A DNA stretch of 21,946 nucleotides from positions 1 to 21,946 of the forward strand of contig JAWLBL010000053.1 of the NCBI GenBank assembly GCA_041687695.1. The letters are read 5' to 3'. A program made the translations under genes and the position numbers. This DNA is from Myxococcota bacterium (GTDB lineage: Bacteria > Myxococcota_A > UBA9042 > PHBI01 > JAWLBL01). The notes beneath the pieces are model-generated. The model made no database searches. It was not told where the DNA came from and was given only the letters and a program-made list of their open reading frames with translations. This document shows positions 10,201-17,263 of the stretch, piece after piece. The first letter of the stretch is position 1; every line of letters starts with the position of its first letter.

Positions 10201-11194
10201 CCTGATCGTCGCCGTCGCCGGGGAGCTCGGTGGCGTCCGGGTGGACGGCGGGGTCGGCGTCGTCGCAGTCGCCGGGCTGGCAGGTGGCGCCGGGGGCGAC
10301 GAGGGCGCCGAGGGCGCAGTAGCCGTCGTCGTCGCCGTCGCAGCCCTCGTCGGTGGTGCCGTCGCAGTCGTCGTCGAGGCCGTTGCAGATCTCGGTGGCC
10401 CAGGCGCCGCAGGCGGTGAGGACCGGGGGGTCGTCCGGGTCGTCGGGGGCGGCGGCGCAGCCGCGGGTGGCGGGGCAGAGGGGGCCGGCGGCGGCGTGGC
10501 AGGGGGTGGTGGCGCCGGCGGCGAGGCCCCAGGCGGTGCAGGCGCACGAGTCGGCGGGGTCGGTCAGGACGCAGGTGGGGCCGGCCTCGCCGTCCGAGGA
10601 GGTGACCTCCTCGCAGGCGTAGCCGTCCGGGCAGGGGGCGTCCGGGCCGCAGGACGCGCCGCAGAAGGCGCCGTCGCCGCCGCGGGGGACGCAGAGGGCG
10701 CCGGGATCGCCGGCCGAGCGGCAGAAGGCGTCGGTGGTGCAGGGCTGGCAGAGGGTCAGGGCGGGGGTCACGCAGGCGGGGGCCCCGTCGAGGACGCCGC
10801 AGACCTGGCCGTCGGGGCAGCCGTCGTCGCAAGCGGCGGCGCAGACGAGGTCGCCGGCGGCGTCGAGGGCGCAGTGGCCGCTGTCGCAGTCGGCCGAGGT
10901 GGTGCAGGGGCAGTCGGCGGCGGAGCAGGGGCCGGAGGTGTCGTCGTCGGGGGCGTCCGGAGGCGCCGCGGCGTCGGCGTCGGAGGGCGGGGCCGCGTCG
11001 GAGGGGGCGGCGGAGTCGGCCTTTGCGTCCCCGCCCGTGGCGTCCACGGGCTTGGCGTCGGCGGCGATGTCTGCCGAGGCGTCGTCGGCGGCGTCGCCGA
11101 AGGCCACCGGGGCGTCCTCGCCGCAACCTGCCGAGGCGGCGGCGAGGAGGAGGAGGGCGGCGCCGAGATGACCTTGGTAGTGAACGGACCGCAT
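4271..11194 (-). CDS. Giant (~2307 aa) Cys-rich surface lipoprotein: MopE-type putative metal-binding repeats, long beta-rich regions, LamG/ConA-like domain, C-terminal Cys-rich tandem repeats
   Basis: ATG 11194 with GGGAG RBS and signal peptide LGAALLLLAAASAG-C. DCDDADPAVHPDATE..DGDDQDCDG repeats (~9990-10400). LamG-like WTHVAV..VDG..IDEVRIW..LLARYAFD (~6400-7140). CxxxxxCxSGxC repeats (~4280-5600). Strong coding-type third-position bias. Confidence 0.9.
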   Translation of the reverse strand: MRSVHYQGHLGAALLLLAAASAGCGEDAPVAFGDAADDASADIAADAKPVDATGGDAKADSAAPSDAAPPSDADAAAPPDAPDDDTSGPCSAADCPCTTSADCDSGHCALDAAGDLVCAAACDDGCPDGQVCGVLDGAPACVTPALTLCQPCTTDAFCRSAGDPGALCVPRGGDGAFCGASCGPDAPCPDGYACEEVTSSDGEAGPTCVLTDPADSCACTAWGLAAGATTPCHAAAGPLCPATRGCAAAPDDPDDPPVLTACGAWATEICNGLDDDCDGTTDEGCDGDDDGYCALGALVAPGATCQPGDCDDADPAVHPDATELPGDGDDQDCDGLELCHVDADQDGYRTDALVTSPALACPTSEGLATPSAPLDCFDADAAIHPGATELSDDGKDADCDLVELFDGLPLALDAPLTGDTLSVTASGTFPLPPFGDVPVTASLTRAAPGLPISWCLSGPVAADFEAFAIDSATATLCYADGAASPTLALTGLATAGGVSWPVTGTASRTAPYDLTLAPTGTVTLRGHDLTVDPALSALAVTDGQASWTLVATHDALPLGADLSLSSAVVTLDPSGIDVSGQLTVGAGAQAITFDAAGPYPAAGPFTLALTSASTARFRPFTLDQHPLATEAISPVGVLTVDAAGAAAATFTSAHLCSGTCCAPSPNGGCDNAKMSDCVTAAVPACALEWTQACVDALVGCPLALATAYAIDQAKVTVTIDAADPWAPVLTGIPTATGWDGFDLPDMLATSRVDTCRDPHIRACACDSDAACCAGAWSAACDATVLASCGGAKAAALCGDGSLFMHAAPVTLWSPDVPGALDGMFTLRDPVFDTYFAATTDATGAPAGPADDPGSYLPHIIAAADAVVCLAPPCPADFVEGAGVGDIEPDHAGKVVRARGHLGLDAQYITAAIGPITIPPFEAQAGAALIASLTSLPTDGSGVFDVFGTPDDPHDDIAIPTGLSVALYGNPAIPIPDLSGDEVTPTFVAVATFDPLPPKFTLYAEGRFDWTVVPPKLFPGLQHIKLSKLRAYGSFDLLPQILKAVFKAPVNALKNAFGKDASGGNPYSGIMFGIEGSAELQLTTQEAPAYGKAAFEFKPDPKKGGIVGGNVWVEGKLIEPFYMKDFAYDGVGLTVFVNMNTGLPLSLGLSMATHNKGFDCEWPDPALDWHETDTCLTTMIEHKLYKPWLDLVLWWELNDFGINSYVGAINSLLKTAVGLFNLALEEAADPTLVWTEIVDGMATQLTGLDLGEVAGSIPPIPEIPAIPKIPYFDFEIEKARFFFAPKAVSQWGRSFKPGISIDGEVEIMGGWSARLAAYVDFVGLLVPHTLHQELRVSEMDLGFLRIGGDPYDDHAALAGGSVALPPSALLAPVALTDETGTHVRRTVEAHVVKAAWADGEAALLYDDSDGTGGLTIALAKLGASEVIEPLSQYPLLDLETSTDFDSDGEDPGAELAWVVVTLRDGGLTRTLRTVRGVADTTDWTHVAVSLRGGAGIAVVDGVAHNLLPDDGAADIGLGATTAGATVGLGFDAIDEVRIWRTFRTSSELQRNRRFLAIGDSQSPDLLARYAFDWDAGGSVVHNSRHHAGDALHGSFTGAAHAAPSPPGDAFLRTSATLVAMPPEFSAELRSGVELDLPLFGLAMGFSQWLYLDTTTLQFSGEYYQRAMSLLDFGPLGSLWFTGNGPNGVQGDFDDGLFGGVQLESATLSASGRVEWRGGPTGDSTIASGAFFVGCPPGQTCAGLDQYTLTVDGAIDWNLPFGVRVAGAMHFEPWQLTVDGEVSVGGIVLASQSIAIDEAGIAFASFIDLPVIFDHDLGQATLSFTVDFATGKTCGHGDVVVNPPVIDETFSCKVGVCIDGGGLEVTEFDCFTRCWVDAMCGDGEFCDALGKCWPKRPLGEQCAGVLAGDHECLSGFCDPWVAFPIAICAEPLDDGIGCLQDGQCISGACGYRPGNLQKRCYTPGGATLGEECFDVLHCGLGECWGTATWGAQCLCTTNEQCQQVAPGTVCKTGDWGITPESGLCIAPRLAGQWCDATSECAAGLVCGTSGKCVTPATRHNWEECEADEQCISGECWGWVCRCTSHGDCHADLGADSYCDMGPWLAGNEEGKCHSPKQPSNVAAYCEDGGWCESGLCTFSGRQNKNICYTVLALPEGSTCDIHEHCASGICDPGQGYKCAPMPSSKGNWQACTASNQCIGGECWNGLCRCTSHSDCHAEHGSNSYCDMGSWTVDNQEGRCHTPKVTSNTSSWCEDDGWCQSNMCVYSGKLVHNTCATYQNLPNDSPCDVHQQCASGNCVYWFLSGYYCSP
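4300..5023 (-). repeat. Intragenic tandem duplication with a 381-nt (127-aa) period at the C-terminus of the giant lipoprotein
   Basis: CCCATGTCGCAGTAGCTGT occurs at 4518 and 4899. Peptide NW..C....QCI.GECW...CRCTSH.DCHA..G..SYCDMG.W...N.EG.CH.PK..CED.GWC.S..C occurs twice. Confidence 0.85.
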
Positions 11195-11279
11195 CGGTTG
11201 CTCCCTGGGATGCCCGCGCGGCGGACACATGACCGCGATCGTCCCGGATCGTGCCGGACCGAGTCGGTCGAGGGGCCCC

Positions 11280-11307
11280 CGCGATGCCTCGCGATGCCTC
11301 GCGATGC
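11280..11307. repeat. 10-bp tandem repeat (CGCGATGCCT)x2.8 upstream of the giant lipoprotein gene
   Basis: Read directly: cgcgatgcct cgcgatgcct cgcgatgc. Confidence 0.8.
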
Positions 11308-11311
11308 GTGC

Positions 11312-11360
11312 AGTCTTCGGGAACGGTGTGACTGCGGTCAACCCAAACAAGTTTGGGGTG
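11312..11360 (-). promoter_or_regulatory. Candidate promoter TTGACC-18-AAGACT with a 7-2-7 inverted repeat (CCCAAAC-AA-GTTTGGG) abutting the -35
   Basis: Palindrome at 11342-11357, -35 at 11341-11336, -10 at 11317-11312. An AT-richer patch between the response regulator and the lipoprotein gene. Confidence 0.45.
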
Positions 11361-11396
11361 CGGTGCAGCATGGCCCGGGCGGGGCCGGGGACGCGG

Positions 11397-12017
11397 TCAG
11401 CGGAGGAGGCCGACGCGGTGGGCGTAGAGGATGATGTCGCCGGTGGAGGCGGCGCCGAGCTTGTCGCGGATGCGGGCGACGTGGTTGCTGACGGTGGGGA
11501 GGGAGAGGTCGAGCGCGTGGGCGACCTCGGAGACGGTCTTGCCGCTGATGAGGAGGACGAACGCCTGGTACTCGCGGGGGGTGAGGCGCTCGTGGGGGAG
11601 GACGGGGGCGGCGGGGAGGTCCTCGAGGGCCTGGGTGACGTAGCGGCCGCCGCGGGCGACCTCGCGGAGGGCGGCGAGGAGCTCGGCCGGGGAGCGGCTC
11701 TTGCAGAGGTAGGCGGAGGCGCCCTGGCTGAGGAGGTGAGCGGCGAGCTGGTCCTCGGGGTACATGGTGAGGATGAGGATGTGGACGGGGGCGGGCAGCG
11801 AGAGGGCGCGGATGCGGCGGAGGAGCTCGAGGCCGCTGGTCTTGGGGAGGGAGAGGTCGAGGATGAGGACGTCGCACGGGGTGTCGGCGAGGCGGAGGAG
11901 GACCTCTTCGCCGTCGGTGGCCTCGCCGACGACCGTGAGGTCGGGTTGGCCGGCGAGGAGGGTGCGGAGGCCTTGGCGGACGATGGCGTGGTCGTCGGCG
12001 AGGAGGACGCGGATCAT
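11397..12017 (-). CDS. NarL/FixJ-family response regulator (REC + LuxR HTH), 206 aa
   Basis: MIRVLLADDHAIVRQGL, phosphoacceptor ILDLSLP, LTMY, YLCKS, HTH LTPRE..GKTVSEVAHALDLSLPTVSNHVARIRDKL. ATGA overlap with the kinase gene. Confidence 0.95.
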   Translation of the reverse strand: MIRVLLADDHAIVRQGLRTLLAGQPDLTVVGEATDGEEVLLRLADTPCDVLILDLSLPKTSGLELLRRIRALSLPAPVHILILTMYPEDQLAAHLLSQGASAYLCKSRSPAELLAALREVARGGRYVTQALEDLPAAPVLPHERLTPREYQAFVLLISGKTVSEVAHALDLSLPTVSNHVARIRDKLGAASTGDIILYAHRVGLLR

Positions 12018-13399
12018 GGGGCGGCGCCTGGGTGAGCGAGGGGGAGGGTGACGGTGACGGTGGTGCCGCCGGTGGGGGCGCAGGTCCAGGCGGCGTGGCC
12101 GCCGAGGGCGGCGGTGCGCTCGCGGATGCCGACGAGGCCGAGGGCGTCGGGGCCGGGGGCCGGGGCGGTGAGGCCGACGCCGTCGTCGGTGATGGCGAGG
12201 TGGAGGGTGTCGCCGGTGACGCGGAGGGTGAGGTCGGCGCGGGAGGCGCCGGCGTGGCGGGCGACGTTGGTGAGGGCCTCCTGGGCGATGCGGAAGGCGG
12301 CGAGGGCGACCTCGGGGGGGATGGCGGGGGCGTCGTCGGCGGGGAGGGTGGCGGCGCAGGTGAGGCCCGAGCGGGAGGAGGTCTCGTCGGCGAGCCAGCG
12401 GAGGGCGGCGGTGAGGCCGAGATCGTCGAGGACGCGGGGGCGGAGGGAGCGGAGGATGCGGCGGAGGGTCTGGTCGGAGCGGGCGAGGAGGCGGTCGACC
12501 TCGGCGAGGGCGGGGGCGACGCGGGTCGGGTCGGCGTCGGCGTGGCCGCGCGCGAAGTGGACGGCGTAGCGGAGGGCCATGAGCTCCTGGCCGAGCTCGT
12601 CGTGGATCTCGCGCGCCATCCAGCGGCGCTCCTCCTCGCGGAGGGTCTCGACGTGGTTGGCGAGGGCGCGGAGCTCGGCGGTCTGGGCGGCGACGCGGGC
12701 GGCGAGGGAGTCGTTGAGGTGGCGGACCTCGGCCTCGGAGCGGGCGGTGCGCTCGCGCTCGACGAAGGTGGCGAGGGTGAGGAGGTAGCCGGCGTGGCCG
12801 ATGGCGAGGGCGAGGAGGCCGACGAAGACGAGGTAGCTGAGGGAGGGGACGAGATCGGCGTGGCCGAGATGCTGGGGGGCGCCGGCGAGGAAGGCGAGGA
12901 CCATGGCGGCGATGATGAGGGTGAGCAAGCCGGCGCGGACGCGGAGGGGGACGAGGACGGCGACGGTGAAGATGGGGCCGACGTACAGGTAGTGGAACCA
13001 GGGGCCGTCGAGGCCGCCGGCGCGGCCCATGGCGAAGCCGGCAATGCCGAAGCCGAGGACGAGCGCGGTGGCGATGAAGGGCACGGTGCGCGTCTCCAGC
13101 CCGCCGGTGGCGCGGCCGACGGCGTAGAGCGCGACCAGGGTGACGGCGACGAGCCCGCGCATCCAGGCGAAGGCCTCCTTGACGTGGGGGCGGTCGGCGA
13201 AGACCACGAGGTCGAGGGGCCACCAGACGAGGGCGGCGAAGAGGATGGCGCCGCCGGCGCGGACGACGTTGTCGGCCATGACCGCGCGGGTGTGCTCGCC
13301 AAAGTGCGTGCGGTCTTCGGGCTGAATGAGCGCCTCATCGACCGCGAGCCCGCTGAGGAGGCGCCACCGCGACGCGAGCCGGCGCCACGAGCTGCTCAC
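12014..13399 (-). CDS. Membrane-embedded sensor histidine kinase (HisKA_3 + HATPase_c), ~461 aa
   Basis: About six hydrophobic helices. H-box ERRWMAREIHDELGQ, N-box QEALTNVARHA, DDGVG, LGLVGIRER. Start taken as GTG 13399 with GGAG upstream (start uncertain). Confidence 0.92.
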   Translation of the reverse strand: MSSSWRRLASRWRLLSGLAVDEALIQPEDRTHFGEHTRAVMADNVVRAGGAILFAALVWWPLDLVVFADRPHVKEAFAWMRGLVAVTLVALYAVGRATGGLETRTVPFIATALVLGFGIAGFAMGRAGGLDGPWFHYLYVGPIFTVAVLVPLRVRAGLLTLIIAAMVLAFLAGAPQHLGHADLVPSLSYLVFVGLLALAIGHAGYLLTLATFVERERTARSEAEVRHLNDSLAARVAAQTAELRALANHVETLREEERRWMAREIHDELGQELMALRYAVHFARGHADADPTRVAPALAEVDRLLARSDQTLRRILRSLRPRVLDDLGLTAALRWLADETSSRSGLTCAATLPADDAPAIPPEVALAAFRIAQEALTNVARHAGASRADLTLRVTGDTLHLAITDDGVGLTAPAPGPDALGLVGIRERTAALGGHAAWTCAPTGGTTVTVTLPLAHPGAAP

Positions 13400-14001
13400 C
13401 GCCGCCGCTCCGTTCGGGCCGCCCCCCACCCCGCCGCCACCGGCACGCCCCCCTCCGCGGGAGCCCCCTCCCCCTCCGTCGCCGTCTCCTCGCCCTCCAC
13501 GCCGCTCCCTTCGCGCTTGCACTCCGAGTCCTTTGAGCACCCAGCGGCCACAGCCGCCTTCACCGGCTCGTCCGATCCCCCGTGAGGCGCTTGCCCACCT
13601 CGCAGCCCCGCAGCACGCCGGCCGCGGCGCCCCCCCCACGCGCGCCCGCCCTACGCTTCTCTCCCGTCCGGTCGCGAGGCCAGCATGGCCGCCACCGGCC
13701 GAGCCCGTCAACCAGCCGTGGCTTCCCCGAACCCGCGAGCCTCTGGCCGCCCTCGGCGACGCAGCCCAGGTGCCCTCTGGCGCCCCACACGAGCCACCCC
13801 TCGCGCCCGGCCACCGTCTCAGGGACGGACCAGCCCCCCGGGGTTCCGCCCCTGGCGAGGTCTCGTCCTGCGTCCCGACGCACCGGCCTGCACACCCGAC
13901 CGATGCCCATCACGCCGTGACGCCGCTAGGTCACCCCAGCGTTGCCCATCACCCCGTCGGTCCTGGCCCCATCAGCGACCGCGCCTGCCAACGGTCACCG
14001 C

Positions 14002-14772
14002 TCACGCCTCGCCGCGAGCCACACAGCTCTCCTGGTCGCCGCCCTTCGGCCCCGCGACCGGCAGCGGCCTCCCCGCCCGTCGCGCCTCGTGCCACGCCAG
14101 ATACCAATCCAGGTCGAAGTACAGCGCGTTCCTCGTGAACGACGGCAGCGCCTTGACGAAGTTCGGATGCGCCATCGCCGCATACGACAGCCGCGCCTGC
14201 TCGGTGACGACCCCCTCCTCGGCCCCGGCGCCGGCATAGTGGATGACCGCCCTCACCAGCTCGTCCGCGGGCACGTCCTTGCTGGGATCCTCCACATCCT
14301 CGAGCTGCACCGACACGAACGGCTTGAACATCAGCCGCAGCTTGCGTCCCATCGACCCGACCAGATGCTCGGCATACATCCCGGCCTCGCCATTCCACAT
14401 GAACGGCTCCCGCGTGAACCGTTTCACGATCGCCTGCACCGAGTGCACCGCGAACGTCTGGAGAAAGAGCAGGAACCAAACGATCGCAAGGATGCCCGCA
14501 ACCAAAGCCACCGGCTTGAGCCATTCGGGCCGCGCCGTAGCCGACAGGACCGCGCCGCCCACGGCGATGACCACGAAGAAGACGCCCCAGAACGCACCGA
14601 ACAGCCCCACCCATCGCTCGTATCGGGCCAGCAACCTGTCTCGAGCCCATTGTCCCGCGAGCTGGCGTGTCTCGGCATCGTCCAGGTCGAGCAGCGGCTC
14701 GTCCGGATGCGCCGCGCAGCCGTCCGTCGCGTACGTCATCTTGCATCGCTCGCAGTAACCACGCCGCATCAT
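14002..14772 (-). CDS. Hypothetical membrane protein with N-terminal Zn-ribbon-like motif and two TM helices; candidate immunity protein
   Basis: CERC-x8-CAAH, then two hydrophobic segments. Starts 4 nt after the stop of the DUF4157 gene, with GAGG overlapping that stop. Confidence 0.7.
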   Translation of the reverse strand: MMRRGYCERCKMTYATDGCAAHPDEPLLDLDDAETRQLAGQWARDRLLARYERWVGLFGAFWGVFFVVIAVGGAVLSATARPEWLKPVALVAGILAIVWFLLFLQTFAVHSVQAIVKRFTREPFMWNGEAGMYAEHLVGSMGRKLRLMFKPFVSVQLEDVEDPSKDVPADELVRAVIHYAGAGAEEGVVTEQARLSYAAMAHPNFVKALPSFTRNALYFDLDWYLAWHEARRAGRPLPVAGPKGGDQESCVARGEA

Positions 14773-14776
14773 GCCC

Positions 14777-16747
14777 TCAGAACGCCTTCATCTGATTCAC
14801 GGTCCGCAGCATCATCATGATGCTCTTGTAGAGCAAATCGACCTCCTTGCTCGCCTCCTCACCCATCAAGGCCGTCACCGACGCGCTCTCTCCTCGCACC
14901 GCCTGCGCCAGCTGCACGGCGTCGAGGCTGAGCTTCAATTTGTCCAGGGTGACGCGAGCGAGGGTCCGTTGCTCAGCCCATCCACGGCCCAACTGAGACA
15001 GGCCGTCGGCCCGGCTCGCCGCGTCCATCGCTCCTTTCGCAGCATTGGCCATCGACCCCACCGTGGCCAGCACGTCCAGAGCCCCCGCCCACACGTTCAG
15101 CGTGCGCTTGGCTTCGGGATCCGAGACGGCGCGGCCGGCACTCTTCAAAACGGTCGACAGCCCCGACGACCCCACGGCCAGCTTCCCCCAGACCGTGTTC
15201 ACGATTCCAGGCCCGCCGAATCCCACCGAGACGATCCACGAGGTAATCGTCAACGAGATGTCGGCGAGCGTCCGGATGCCCTCATGCGTCTCTTCGATGA
15301 CCCGCTTGCTGATGAGCTCCTTCCCATTGCCACGCAATCGGTAGGTGAGATGCCCCCGAGTCGCGATAACCGGGTCACTCGTCCGGCTGGGCTCGGCCTG
15401 GAAGTGGAACGCCTCCCCGAACAGCCGCTCCACCTCGGCGCGCTGCTCTCCACCCATTCGCCCCAGCACTCGCTCCCACGCCGACAGCGTGATCCGGTCG
15501 GCCCAATAGAGCTCGACCAGCTCCGCGCGTCCCGCCTCGTCCAGCGCTCCCCAGACGGCGAGCCCCTCGAGCTTCGTCGCCCTCTTCTTCTGCTTGTCCC
15601 CCTCGGTCACTCCGTGCCGCGCCACGTGCCTGTCGAAAGCGTTCGCCGCCCGCGTCACCAACGCCTGCTGCTGCGGCTCCAGCAGCGGCCGAAACAGCAC
15701 CAGCCACCTCAGGTGAGGCGCGGTGTGCGCGATGAAGCGTCCCCGGTACTCGATGCGCGCCTCCTCCAACTTGCCCGGGTCCTCCTGCGCCCGCCGCGCG
15801 ACGTCCTCCAACCACTCCGTCAAATCCCGCCCCTGCGCGCCAGGATCGCGCACGTGGGCCGTCACCTCCTGCGTCTGCGGGTCCGCGCACACCGCCAGGT
15901 CGTCGGCCGAGAGCTGGATGCCCCGCGCCGCCTTCCAGACGACCAGCTCCATGCGTTTCGAGCGAGGGTCCACACCCCGACGCTTCGCCTTGGCCCGCGT
16001 CGCCCCAGCCTCCGCCGCCGCTCCTGCCCCCAACGCCATCCGCGGCCGCTCCAGCCGCCCCCCAGCCGCCACTCGCGCCGCCAGCGCGTCGGCCTCGAGC
16101 TCGGCCGCCTCGACCGACTCCGCCCCTCCAACCCCGCGCTGCGCGACGTGGGCCACCTCGTGCCCCAGCAGCCCACGTCCCCCTGCCGTGCGCGGGTCCG
16201 CGGCCGTCTCTTGCACCCAGATCGTCCGTCGCTCGGTCAGCCCCCTCGTCCCCGCCGCCCGCGTCCGCCGCTCGGCCTCCTCTCCGACCCGCACTTCGAC
16301 CGTCCCCGAGGCCAGCCCCACTTCGGCCTCCAGTCGCCGCACCTGCGCCTCGATCCGCCCCGCGGCGTTCCCCTCCCGCTCCATGCGCCGCGCGACCATG
16401 TCCTCGTAGTCCCGCCTCAGCTCGAGGGCGATCTCGCCAGCCCCCGGCCCCCCCAGCTTCGGCGCCAGAGCCTCTCGCGCGAACTCCCGCCCAGCCACGC
16501 CCACCAGGCGCAGCCAGATCTCCTCTCGCACGGCCCCATCGATCACTCCGCGCGCCTCCAGATCGGCCACGAAGTATCCGATCTGCTCGGGCGCCTGGGC
16601 AAAGTCCCTCGCCAGCGCCTCGAGCCCGTGCAGCAGGACCTCGACCTCGCCCCTCCTCCGCTCCGCCTGGGTCGCGGCGTTCCTGCGCCGCGTCTCGATC
16701 ATCCTCGAGCGTTCGCCACCGTCACGACCCACGAGCGGTCCTCCCAT
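14777..16747 (-). CDS. DUF4157 (eCIS core) domain protein with unknown C-terminal region ending in hydrophobic/amphipathic helices; candidate polymorphic effector
   Basis: VEVRVG..AAGTRGLT..DPRTAGGRGLLGHEVAHVAQ..ELEAD is the DUF4157 HExxH signature. Start is ATG 16747 or the downstream MIETRRR ATG; the track's 16768 start overlaps the -10 box. Confidence 0.8.
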   Translation of the reverse strand: MGGPLVGRDGGERSRMIETRRRNAATQAERRRGEVEVLLHGLEALARDFAQAPEQIGYFVADLEARGVIDGAVREEIWLRLVGVAGREFAREALAPKLGGPGAGEIALELRRDYEDMVARRMEREGNAAGRIEAQVRRLEAEVGLASGTVEVRVGEEAERRTRAAGTRGLTERRTIWVQETAADPRTAGGRGLLGHEVAHVAQRGVGGAESVEAAELEADALAARVAAGGRLERPRMALGAGAAAEAGATRAKAKRRGVDPRSKRMELVVWKAARGIQLSADDLAVCADPQTQEVTAHVRDPGAQGRDLTEWLEDVARRAQEDPGKLEEARIEYRGRFIAHTAPHLRWLVLFRPLLEPQQQALVTRAANAFDRHVARHGVTEGDKQKKRATKLEGLAVWGALDEAGRAELVELYWADRITLSAWERVLGRMGGEQRAEVERLFGEAFHFQAEPSRTSDPVIATRGHLTYRLRGNGKELISKRVIEETHEGIRTLADISLTITSWIVSVGFGGPGIVNTVWGKLAVGSSGLSTVLKSAGRAVSDPEAKRTLNVWAGALDVLATVGSMANAAKGAMDAASRADGLSQLGRGWAEQRTLARVTLDKLKLSLDAVQLAQAVRGESASVTALMGEEASKEVDLLYKSIMMMLRTVNQMKAF

Positions 16748-16761
16748 CGACCTTCCTCGCG

Positions 16762-16790
16762 ATTGCACCGCACCCGGCCCCAGCTGTCAA
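16762..16790 (-). promoter_or_regulatory. Near-consensus sigma70 promoter TTGACA-17-TGCAAT
   Basis: -35 at 16790-16785, 17-nt spacer, -10 at 16767-16762, followed by GAGGAAGG and ATG 16747. Confidence 0.65.
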
Positions 16791-16817
16791 CGCGACCCTG
16801 CGGGGCCACAGCCCTGC

Positions 16818-17187
16818 TTACCGGCCCGCATCGCGCCTCGTCCGCGCCACCTCGCACGCCCGCATCCCCCGACCAGCCGCAACCACCGCAAGCCCCACCA
16901 CGCCCCCCCCGGCGAGCACGGCCTCCGCGCGCCCCTCGAGCCCCCCCGACCAGCGCCATCGCCAGCCCGATGACGGTCCCCAGAGCCCCCCACCCGCGCC
17001 ACACCCGCTCGCGCCTGCACAGCCAGCACCAGGGCCCGGCCGCGTCGAAGAACGGCCCGAAGACGTTCCGCGCCCCGAACCGCTCGAACCGCCCCGGCGA
17101 GGCGTGCCCTTCACACAGCGCGACCGCGCACCCGCGACACTGGACGATCGCCTCTCTGTCGCACTCGACGCACGTCGCGCGCCCCAC
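16818..17187 (-). pseudogene. Small B-box-like Zn-finger + two-TM membrane protein, frameshifted at a G7 run
   Basis: GGAGG then GTG 17187. CVEC..CRGC..LCEGH..CWLC, then TM1. TM2 (AVLAGGGVVGLAVVAAG) and TAA 16820-16818 lie in a different frame that is joined by removing one G from the run at 16941-16947. Confidence 0.6.
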
Positions 17188-17263
17188 GATGCCACCTCCC
17201 GCTTCGCCGCACCGCCGAACGGCCGTCACATCATCGTCGACCCCGCCCGAAGGCCACTCTGCC

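Noticed and set aside
3881..11434. 2517-aa + strand ORF
   Set aside because: Antisense shadow of the giant lipoprotein gene. It is G/V/A/E-rich with no motifs, as expected from extreme GC3 bias.
13904..13957. 15-bp near-direct repeat TGCCCATCAC[G/C]CCGT spaced 39 bp in the intergenic region
   Set aside because: Two short copies in very GC-rich DNA with no supporting promoter or structure; could be chance.
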